DNA from: Raillietiella orientalis
Taxonomy: Eukaryota
NCBI GenBank assembly: GCA_036172245.1
Contig: JAYWIR010000197.1
Span: 1-32,676 of the forward strand
Length of the DNA: 32,676 nt
Reading direction: 5' to 3'
The position numbers and the translations under genes were made by a program. Shown in pieces: positions 20,833 to 30,966 of this stretch (position 1 is the first letter of the stretch; the number at the start of each line of letters is the position of its first letter). The notes below the pieces were generated by a model. The model searched no databases. It had not been told where the DNA came from and saw only the letters and a list, made by a program, of their open reading frames with translations.

Positions 20833-22541
20833 CACGTGGGCTCGCCTGTCGCCGTCGAATCCTCGTGGCCAGTTGGAACGTCAACGGGCTGCGCGACGAC
20901 GGCAACAGACGAGATACGGCCGACACCCTGCGTGAGTTCGACCTGGCCCTGCTGCAGGAGATCCACGTGATCACCTCGGCAGACGTCCAGGAGATCGAGG
21001 CGATCGCGGGGGGTCGACTGTATTGGCGATGCGGCGCCCGCAACACCTGCGGGGTCGCGTTCTTCGTCAAGCCGGCCATCGACGCTGCCGTGAAGGGCGT
21101 ACGCTTCGATAACGACGGTCGGGTCGGTCAGCTGATTCTCAGCTGGTCCGACTCGATCGAATTGATCGTCACGAACGTGTACGCCCCAAGGGGGAAAGGG
21201 GGATACAGCGACCGTACCAGGTTGCTGAACACCCTGAAGCGCGACTGGATGGCCGATACGAACGTGCGGAAGGCACACCTGATAGCTGGGGACTTTAATC
21301 TCCGTCTGCTGTCAGGTGAGCCCGAAGCACAAAAACGCACGGCCAACGAGTTTTGCGCTGCCATGCGAACGCGCAACTTGTTGGCGGACGCGGAGGGAAT
21401 GGACCGCAGCATCGACCACTTCTTCCTGGATGTCGACCAATGCTCGCGGGTCGGCAAACGGGGAAAAGTTGCGTCGACGCTGTCGGACCATTCCAGGTTA
21501 ATCGCCGAGGTATGCCCGCGCGACAAAGGACCCACGGCCAGGGCGTGGCGGTTGCCTGGGGAGTGGACGCACCTCTCAGGTTCGAAGGAACACCTTCGCG
21601 AATTCCTCAGAGGCGTCACCCTCCGCAGTCTCAAAGGTTGGGACCTCTTCAAGGCCTCGGTCCGCGAGTTCTGCGAGGAGATCCCCCTGCACCGTCTGCC
21701 CCTTGGATTTGGGGAGGAAGCTCGGAGCCATAGGGCCTACCTCCAAGCCCGCCGGTACGAGAGGACCCCCAAAGTCCGTCGCCTGGCCGATTATCGAGGC
21801 GGGGCCGAGCGCCAAGCCTGGCAATTGGGGTCGGCCAGCATGCTCGACGACCAGGGCGGGGAGCGATCGGCCCCACCTGCGATCAGGCACCTCTTGCGCC
21901 CTTACTATTCCTCGCTTTACGCTAGGGCACGCCCTGAGCGGGACGCATCGCGACTTCTGCTTCCGGACGGAGCCCCGGCAATAGGGGAGGAGGAAAGGAT
22001 GAGCTTCGACGAGCCTTATTCTACCGGAGAAATTCTCGCCGGTATTAAAAGGCTCAAGATACGTAAGGCGCCAGGGGAGGACGGCCTGCCTGCGGAATTT
22101 TTTCGATGCTTTGCGACAGAGCTGGCCCCCCTGGTGCTCCAGTTGACCGGGCTGATCCGAGACGAAGGCGACGTTCCCACCTCGTTTCGGTCAGCCCGTG
22201 TGAGGCTCCTCCCTGAGGGAGGAGACCTGAGATCCTTAGGCAAATGGCGTCCGATCACAATTGTGAATACGGACGCCAAGCTGGTCGCTGGACTGTGGAT
22301 CTCGTCTAGGACAGGTGGCAGACTCCATAATTAGCCCGGAGCAGACATACGCTGTTCCCGGGCGAAGTATGGATGCCAACCTGTTCTCCGCGAGCACATG
22401 GTTCCATGTGCAGAGCTGCCTAAATTAAACTGGAGAGAATTTTAACAACCCCACTTTGAAGCCGCCAGCTGGACTGAAAATGGACACCCGGGCTGAGAAG
22501 GGGGCCCTAGCGATCGCGGTCGATCTCCATAAGGCGGTCGA
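20832..22541 (+). pseudogene. ORF2 of copy M: complete APE endonuclease and RT N-terminal part
   Basis: SWNVNG, LLQE, GVAF, NVYAP, AGDFN, SIDH and LSDH, then KAPGEDG and WRPITIVNTDAK. Open to about 22300, then frameshifted. Confidence 0.92.
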
Positions 22542-24891
22542 TTTTCACCCGGATTTCGCCTTGGCGTTTATTGTAAAATAAACTTTTACAAAGACGTGCG
22601 GTGGCTGGACCATTGCTCCAGCCACGCACGAAGAAACACAGAGCCTGCCGGGTCACCGGTTTGCGGACCGGTACGGTCCACCACGGCAGCAGGGGAAAGG
22701 GGGAAAAACAAAAAACAAAACAAAAAAGAAAAGAAAAGTTGGGAGGGTAAGGGAAGGGATCACAGTTGCTGGTGGGGCCGTTGCATCCTTTGCAGGATCC
22801 CGACAAGCTCCTTCTGTATTCCTGCATCCAGGTGGCGCCATCGGGACGCCCTCCTCAGGAAGTGGGTGGCTGGCTGGATGGCAACCTGGTCGCGTTGTCC
22901 TCCCGTAGCCTTGCTGCAAGCGGTGACGATCCCGCGTAGGCAGCACAAAGCTGCTAACAAGGCCGCTGGCCGAAGGGCGTCGGCAACGAAGAGGGCTTTC
23001 AGTGCGTCCCTGGAGTTGCCGCAGGGGATTCCGATGGCCGCGGCTAAGCGAAAAAAAAGGGGCCGAAGGGCAACACAATCCACTAGCAGGTGGGGGAGGG
23101 ACTCCCGTTCCCCACACCTGACGCAATTGGGGTCAACCGCTCCCCAGGTACAGTGGTGTCGGCGGGCGTTGCAGGGAAGTCCCCAGTGCTGCAACAGGAG
23201 AGCCGACACCTGCCATTTCAAGGGGAGGGCGGAAGTGTTCATGAGCACCGGGGGCCACTTCAGATGTTCATTGGGAACATCGAGCAGCGCGCCCCAGCGC
23301 AGAAGTCCATTGGGAGGCGTACTCGGGGTCGCAGCGTCTGTTAACTGGCCCGTCTTCCACTCTCCTATGTTCTTCTCCTTTCCGGAGATTGTTACTGTAA
23401 CCAACCACTTCGCCGCAACGTCGCTGTCCAGATCTTCCATGAGGAAGGGCAGCGCAGCAGCGAGGGTGGTTCTTCCTGCCCACGCTCTCTTCTTAGGATC
23501 CTCCAGGATGTCGCGGAGCGTGCAACTTCTGTAACCCCCAAACAGGAACCTTCGCTCCTGTTGGGAGCGTTGCATTCCGAACTGTCCCCACGTTCGAACG
23601 GTTTCCTGCAACCAGGCACTACCGTTCAACGGGAGACAGGTGAGCAATCCTGGATTTTTCCGATACAGCGCAGCCACCCTCCGTAGCTGGAGTCAGCATC
23701 GGTTGACGCGGCGACGGAGTGCAAGAAACGACGTCAGTCCCGTGTTGCCGGTGATTTGCTGGAGAAGGAGACGTGCAGGGACGAACCAACAGGTGCACCA
23801 GAACTCTGGAACGAGCGCCGACAAGCGGAACTGGAGCTGAAGCTCCAGCCGCTCCAGCGTCAGGAGGCCCAGACCACCATGCCGACGAGGATCGCACATG
23901 TTCTTTAAGCGGACTTGGGCCCTCCTGTTGCCCCAAAGGGCGATACGGAGGAGGTCCTTTGTCCGCTTTTTAATCCTCTCTGTGGGGGGGCAAACAAAAA
24001 GCAGGGGGCGGAGGAGAGGAGCCGCGAACGTGTTCCAAATTGCGGCCCGTTCAGGCAGGAAAAAGCTGCCGCCTCGGAACGGGCCGATCGCCGTGTCTAC
24101 TTTTTGAATGCAGCCGGACCACGCTTTCGCAGGGGAGTAGTCCCCCAACGACACACCAAGGTACTTGAAGTACCTCACCGTGGGGATCCCCAAACGGACC
24201 CAGTCCTGCTGCCGTGCCCACGCCGCACCAACTGGCATCACGGACGACTTCGCCGTGTTCACCGTAAGTCCGATTCCCCGATGCAGCAGTTCGAAGAACT
24301 GCTCGACCGCCTCAGCCGGGGTGGACATAAGGAGCAGCAGCAGAAGGTCGTCCGCGTACGCTGAAACGGCAGGCGTACCGGCACATTCGTGCGGTAGGTG
24401 CGCAGAGTTTCCCTGTACGCTCTCAGTACGAACTCAAAGTAGGTACTGAAGAGCAAGGGGCTCAGGCTCTAACTTCCGTATCCCAAGTCGCACCGGCACG
24501 CCGCGCACGGTTTGCCCGCTGAAAGTAACATTGATGAGCGCGTCGTGCCAGCAGGAGCGCAGATAGGTTACTAATGAGGCCGGGAAGCCCATGCGTTCCA
24601 GAAGCTCCAGAAGGAGATTCTGGCCGACGCAATCGAATGCTTTTCGCAAGTCGATTGCGACCGCAAGGGATCCCTCCCCCACCCGACCATCCAACCACTT
24701 GCCGGCGCACGCACCGGAATTCCGGCTGCGCACCAAGCTCCTTTCATGTTGGAGCTCTAGCCAGGTGGAAGCGTGGAACAGGTTCGCCTCCATGCTTCGC
24801 CCGGGAACAGCATATGTCTGTTCTGGGCTGACGAAGATGTTGGCAACACGTCCCAGACGCTCTGCCCAAACCTTAGCCGGCAACTTGGCGT
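22542..24891 (-). mobile_element. LINE copy E: RT (from DAKL) to 3' end
   Basis: 3' motif at 22542-22572 and ORF2 stop at 22760. AIDLRKAFD, SAYADDL, YFKYLG and CVRCGERESLPHLLVDC, frameshifted. Interrupted at 24891. Confidence 0.9.
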
Positions 24892-24979
24892 GCGGACGTG
24901 TTTTTGTAGCGCTCCTCCGCGCCTGGTGTAAAGCGTTTGGTTTCTTTTGTGTTTGTGTGTGGAGCATCTGCGGTGTCCA
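24892..24979 (+). promoter_or_regulatory. 5'UTR, putative internal promoter (representative of 5 copies)
   Basis: Conserved ACGTGTTT start, a CTCC motif, a TG-rich tract and GGTGTCCNATGGC. The promoter role is by analogy with other LINEs. Confidence 0.5.
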
Positions 24980-25060
24980 ATGGCAGAAATGCCTGAGGTC
25001 ACCGCAATGGATATAGGAGGGGGAGAGGCTTGCTCCTCTCATTTACCCACAGAGGTGGGG

Positions 25061-25276
25061 GCAAACGCCCCCACGGAGGCGACGGCAGCCGCACCCCTGA
25101 AAAAGGGGGCAACCGCCGCCTCGGAAGCGAGGGCAAAGTTCCCCTTGAAAAAGGGGGCAAAAGCCCCGCTAGAACAGGGTGCAACCGCCCCCTTGAAAAA
25201 GGGGACAACCGCAACCCTGGAAAAGGGCGCAACCGTCTGCTTGAAAAAGGGGGCACCTGCACCCTCGAATGCGTCT
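25061..25276 (+). repeat. ~9 x 24-bp coding tandem repeat (ATAPLKKG-like)
   Basis: Same periodic unit as 13423-13638. Confidence 0.8.
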
Positions 25277-26687
25277 TCCGCATCGCCGAAGACCTGGAGT
25301 TGAGAGGCTGCAGCCCCATCTCCTGCAGCCCTCGCCGAGCAGAAAGCCTACCTGGAGCAGGCATACAAGCCGTCCCTGATATACAAGGTAGGCAATCTGT
25401 TTGTCGGGAACACCGCTCGCAACTTCGAAAGGAAGTTGCTGCGGTTGAACGTAAAAGAGGAAGACTTGGAAGGTGTTTCCGTGTTGAGTGGTGGTCAGCG
25501 GGTGGAGCTGACTTGCAGAAATGCAATCCTTGCTCAACACCTCCTGAATACGCCAATCACACAAGAAGGCCGAAAGGTTTTCCCGGTAACGGAGGATCGC
25601 TCCGTGGTGACGCACCTCACGGGAGTCACCCTCCGCATGTCGAAAGCCGACGTGCAGGAGGAACTCGGAAAATACGGAACGGTTCACGCGCCATGGCCCA
25701 AGCCCAACGTCTTCCAGAGTTACGGAAGACGTTTAGTGGCATGGGTGGTGCGCGTGTAACCGTCTACGAAAACGGTGGGCTACCCCACAAACTAGACGTC
25801 GGCAACGAGACCGTCGACGTCTGGTACGTGGGCAAGCCCAAGTACTGTGGACACTGTGATGCCACAGGGCACCTGAAAAAGCGGTGCCCTCACATCCAGT
25901 GTTTCCACTGTAGAGAAAAGGGCCACCTCCGCAAAGTGTGCTCGAAGCGCGTACTTCCGGCTCCCGCTGCCTTGAAAAAGGCCAAAGGGAAACGCGCGGG
26001 GGCTACGGAAAAGCCTTCGAAGGCACCCGTGAGACGGAACCCACAGCCGGAGCTCGAGCCCGTGCAGCAAACGCCGGTCGTGGAATCTACCCAAGACGCT
26101 GAAAAGAGCGAAACCTAACAGAAGGCGAAGCCTGAAGCTAAGAAACCAAAGAAAAGTGAAGGATTGACAGCGGAACCCGCGACGTCTCCTTTAAATAGGA
26201 GACAACGCCGCGCGTTGATCCGCGAATGTTCGGTCGCTTTGGAGCGTGTGGAGGTACCCGAGACCGCCACCGGGAGAGCTATCCCCCGCGTCGACGCCGA
26301 CGATAACGCGATCACGGAAGGCGAACCCTCTGTGCAAACAGAGGGGGAACCGCGCGACGCGCTCGCCGCGATCGACGAGGCCGCATTCCAGCAGGCGGTG
26401 GAAGAGCTCGCGGCCGAACTCGCCGAACGTGAGAACGGCGCGCGAAAGGCCTTGCGAAAACCGGCCGCGACCAGGGCACCTCCGACAGGTGACCACGACC
26501 CGGATGCCGGAAGTGCGTCCTCTTCCACGAGGCGCCTCTGAAGAAGACTGGACGGAAGTCCAAGAATCCCAAGAGGCGCATCCCGACGAAGAGCGAGGGG
26601 GACGCACCGGCAGCCGACGGGGAAGCCGGCAGCGTGGGAACGGAGGGAGGAATTTTCCCACCCTCCGCCACCGAGCAGCCGGCCACC

Positions 26688-26925
26688 CCAATGAAGGAGG
26701 GGGAGCAGGTAGGGCATTGCCTCCCCCTTCCACCGGTGGAGCCTGCGGAGAAGATAGTCATGGAAGAGGGGGAGCAGACAGCTGAGAACCGCTCCCCCCT
26801 GCCGTCCATCGCAGTCGAGAAATCGGCCCACATGGAAGAGGGGAAGCAGGTGCGTGAAGCATGCTCCCTTCAACCGTTGCGTTCCGCCGAGGAATCGGCC
26901 CCCATGGAGGTGGGAGAACCGCTGG
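26688..26925 (+). repeat. 4 x ~72-bp degenerate repeat (PMEEGEQ) in the ORF1 C-terminus
   Basis: The ATG of the motif lies at 26691, 26760, 26832 and 26904. Confidence 0.7.
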
Positions 26926-26998
26926 GCGGTGCCCCCATGCCTCCATCCGTCCCGCCCGACCAGGTGGCGGGAGCCCCATTGTTGCTTTCCCAGGAGTA

Positions 26999-28709
26999 AC
27001 ACCTGGGCTCGCCTGTCGCCGTCGATTACGCGTGGCCTGCTGGAATGTGAACGGGCTGCGCGACGACGGCAACAGACGGGAAACGGCCGCCACCCTGCGT
27101 GACTTCGACCTGGCACTCCTGCAGGAGATCCACGTGATCACCGCGGAGAACGCCCAGGAGATCCAAAGGATCGCAGGGGGACGGTTGATGTGGCAATGCG
27201 GCACCCGATACACCTGCGGCGTCGCGTTTTTTATGAAGCCGGCAGTCGACGCAGCCATGAAGGGCGTGCGCTTCGACGAAGCCGGTCGTGTCGGCCAGCT
27301 GATTCTCAGGTGGTCCGACGCTATTGACCTCGTCGTAACAAATGTGTACGCTACGAGCGGTCCTACCAGTTATCAGGAACGTAAGGCGTTCCTGGAAACC
27401 CTGAAGCGCGACTGGCTGGCGGAAGCGAACGTGCGCGTGGCTCACCTGACAGCGGGAGACTTTAATCTCCGCCTGCTATCAGGTGAGCCACACGCACAGG
27501 AACGGACGGCTAACGAGTTGTGCGCCGCCATGCGCACGCTCAACTTGTTAGGGGATCTTTCGGAAATGGTCAGCAGCATCGACCACGTCTTCCTGGATGT
27601 CGACCTGTGTTCACGGGTCGGCAAACAAGGGAAAGTTGCGTTGGAGCTGTCTGACCATTTCCGGTTGATATTCGAGGTGTACCCGCGCGACAAGGGCCCC
27701 CCATCCAGGGCGTGGCGTCTGCCTGGGGACTGGACGCGACTCTCAGGTGCGAAGGAACACCTACGCGAATTCCTGAGAGGCGACACCCTCCGCAGTCTCA
27801 AAGATTGGGACCTCTTCAAGGCCTCGGACCGCGAGTTCTGCAAGAAGTTCCCCCTGCACCGTCTGCCCCCCAGATTTGAGGAGGGGGCTCGGAAACATAG
27901 GGCCTATTTACAGGCTTGCCGGTACAAGAGGACCCCCAATGTCCGTCGCCTGGCAGACTCCGAGCCAGGGTCGAACGTCAAGGCTGGCAATCCGGATCGG
28001 CCAGCTTGCTGGACGACCAGGGCCGGGAGCAATCGGCTCCGGCTAGAATACGGCACCTCGTGCGGCGTTTTTATTCCTCCCTTTACGCCAGGGCACCCCC
28101 GGACCAAGATGACCCTCGGCGCTTGCTTCCGAACGATGCCCCGGCAATAGGGGAGGAGGAGAAGGAAAGCCTCGACGAGCCTTTTATTACCGGCGAAATT
28201 ATCGCCGGTATGAAAAGGCTCAAAAGGCGGAAAGCACCAGGGGAAAACGGCCTGCCTGCGGAGTTTTTTCAATGCTTCGCGGCAGAGTTGGCACCCCTGG
28301 TGCTTGAGTTGACAAGGCTGAACCGAGATAAAGGCGATGTAACCGCCTCGTTTCGGTCAGCCAGAGTGAGGCTCCTTCCGAAAGGAGGAGACCTCAGGAA
28401 ACTCAGCAACTGGCGTCCGATCACAATTGTGAACACGGACGCCAAGCTGATCGCCGGACTGTGAGCTTCGCGTCTGGGGAAGGTGGCCAATTCTATAATT
28501 AGCCCGGAGCAGACTTACGCTGTTCCCGGACGAAGCATGGAGGCCAAGCTCTTCTTCGCGAGCACATGGTTTCATGTGCAGAGTAGTCAAGAAAAGGAAG
28601 AGGGAAGGATTGGCAGCCCCGCTTTGGGGGCCTCAGCCGGGCAGGGACAGGACTCCCAGGTGGGGAAGGGAGCCCTAGCGATCGCAGTCGATCCGCATGA
28701 AGCGTTTGA
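26999..28709 (+). pseudogene. ORF2 of copy N: endonuclease and early RT
   Basis: CWNVNG, LLQE, NVYA, AGDFN, SIDH, LSDH, KAPGENG and NWRPITIVNTDAK. Frameshift near 27960 and TGA at 28462. Confidence 0.9.
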
Positions 28710-30966
28710 TTTTCACCCGGATTTCGCCGGGGCGTTTATTGTAAAATAAACATTTACAAAGAGGTGTGGTGGCTGGACCATTGCTCCAGCCACGCACGAA
28801 GAAACACAGAGCCTGCCGGGTCACCGGTTCGCAGACCGGTACGGTCCACCACGGCAGCAGGGGGAAGGGTGAAAAACAAAAAACAAAACAAAAAAGAAAA
28901 GAAAAGTTGGGAGGGTAATGGAAGGGATCACAGTTGCTGGTGGGGCCGTTGCATCCTTTGCTGGATGCCGGCAAGCTCCTTCTGTATTCCTGGATCCAGC
29001 TGGGGACATCGTGACGCCCTCCTCAGGAACTGGGAGGCTGGCTGAATGGCACCCTGGTCGCGTTGTCCTCCCGTAGCCTTGCTCCAAGCGGTGACGATCC
29101 CGCGTTGGCAGCACGAAGATGCTAACGAGGCCGCTGGCCGAAGGGCGTCGGCAACGAAGAGGGCTTTCAGTGCGTCCCTGGGGTTGCCGCAGGGGATACC
29201 GATGGCCGCGGCAAAGCGAAACCAAAGGGGCGGAAGGGCAACACAATCCACTAGCAGGTGGGGAAGGGACTCCCGTTCCCCATACCTGACGCAACTGGGG
29301 TCCACCGCTCCCCAGGTACAGTGGTGTCGGCGTGCGTTGTAGGGGAGTCCCCAGTGCTGCAACAGGAGAGCCGACTCCTGCCATTTCAAGGGGAGGGCTA
29401 AGGTGTTCATGAGCACCGGGGGCCACTTCAGATGTTCAATGGGAACATCGAGCAGCGCGCCCCAGCGCAGAAGTCCATTGGGAGGCGTACTCGGGGTCGC
29501 AGCGTCTGTTAACTGGCCCGTCTTCCACTCTCCTATCTTCTTCTCCTTTCCGGAGATTGTTACTGTAACCAACAACTTCGCCGCAACATCGCTGTCCAGA
29601 TCTTCCATGAGGAAGGGCAGCGCAGCAGCGAGGGGGGTTTTTCCTGCCCACGCTCTCTTCTTAGGATCCTCCAGGATCTCGCGGAGCGTGCAACTTTTGT
29701 AACCCCCAAACAGGAACCTTCTTTCCTGTTGGGAGCGTTGCATGCCGAACTGTCCCCACGTTCGAACGGTTTCCTGCAACCAGGAACTACCGTTAAACGG
29801 GCGACAGGTCAGCAATCCTGGGTTTTTACGATACAGCGCAGCCACCCTCCGTAGCTGGAGTCCGCATCGGTTGACGCGGAGACGGAGTGCAAGAAACGAC
29901 GTCAGTCCCGTGTTGCCGGTGATTTGCTGGAGAAGGAGACGTGCAGGGACGAACCAACAGGTGCACCAGAACTCTGGAACGAGTGCCGACAAGCGGAACT
30001 GGAGCTGAAGCTCCCGCCGCTCCAGCGTCAGGAGGAGCAGACCACCATCCCGACGAGGAGCGCACAAGTCGTGGCGCGTTTTAAACCGCGGATTGTTCTG
30101 GCAAGTGAATGTTTCCTTCCAGGAACGTGCCGATCGCGTTCGCTACATTTTGGAGGCAGATCGACCACGCTTCCGCAGGGGAGTAGTCCCCCAACGGCAC
30201 ACCAAGGTACTCGAAGTACCTCACCGTGGAGATCCCCAAACGGACCCAGTGCTGCTGCCCTGCCCACGCCGCACCAACTGGCATCACGGACGACTTCGCC
30301 CTGTTCACCGTAAGTCCGGTTCCCCGATGCAGCAGGTCGAAGAACTCCTCGACTGCCGCAGCCGGGGTGGACATAGGGAGCAGCAGCAGAAGGTCGTCCG
30401 CGTATGCTGAAACGGCCAGAGTACCGGCACAGTCGGGCGGCAGGTGCGCCAGAGTTCCCCTGTACGCTCTCAGTACCAACTCAAAGTAGGTACTGAAGAG
30501 CAAGGAACTCCCTGCCGGATCCCACGCCGCACCGGCACGCCGTGCACGGTCTGCACACTGAAAGTAACATTGATGAGAGCGTCGCGCCAGCAGGAGCGCA
30601 GATAGGCCAGTAATGAGGCCGGTAAGTTCAAGCGTTCCAGAAGCTCTAGAAGGAGATTCTGGTCGACGCAATCGAATGTTTTTCGCAAGTCGATTGCGAC
30701 CGCAAGGTCTCCCTCCCCCACCCGACCATCCAACCCCCTTATGGCGCAAGCACCGGAATTCCGGCTGCGCACGAAGCTCCTTTCATGTTGGAGCTCTAGC
30801 CAGGTGGAAGCGTGGAACAATTTTGCCTCCATGGTTCGCCCGGGAACAGCATATGTCTGTTCCGAGCTAATGAAGATGTTGGCAACCCGTTCCAGACGCT
30901 CTGCCCAAACCTTACCCACCAACTTGGCGTCCGCATTCACTATTGCGATGGGACGCCAGTTGTTGA
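28710..30966 (-). mobile_element. LINE copy G: RT (from INNWRP) to 3' end (same subfamily as E)
   Basis: 3' motif at 28710-28740 and ORF2 stop at 28928. SAYADDL is present, with an internal deletion near 30070. Reads uninterrupted through NADAKL. Confidence 0.9.

Larger units (their letters stand above)
18988..22541 (+). mobile_element. LINE copy M: 5' end to RT motif KAxD
   Basis: 5' end GCGGACGTGTTTTT, then ORF1, EN and early RT. Interrupted after AVDLHKAVD by the 3' end of copy E. Confidence 0.9.
24980..26999 (+). pseudogene. ORF1 of copy N
   Basis: CGHCDATGHLKKRC and CFHCREKGHLRKVC. Stops at 25301 and 26116 plus frameshifts. Ends LLLSQE*. Confidence 0.88.
24892..28709 (+). mobile_element. 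LINE copy N: 5' end to RT motif AFD (same subfamily as L)
   Basis: 5' end GCGGACGTGTTTTT. The ORF2 portion is near-identical to copy L by eye. Interrupted by the 3' end of copy G. Confidence 0.9.

Noticed and set aside
19959..23534. Long antisense or alternate-frame ORFs (e.g. 19959-20657, 22596-23534; also 26115-27116) as real genes
   Set aside because: They are shadows of GC-rich ORF1 and ORF2, have no motifs, and their boundaries are not conserved between copies.
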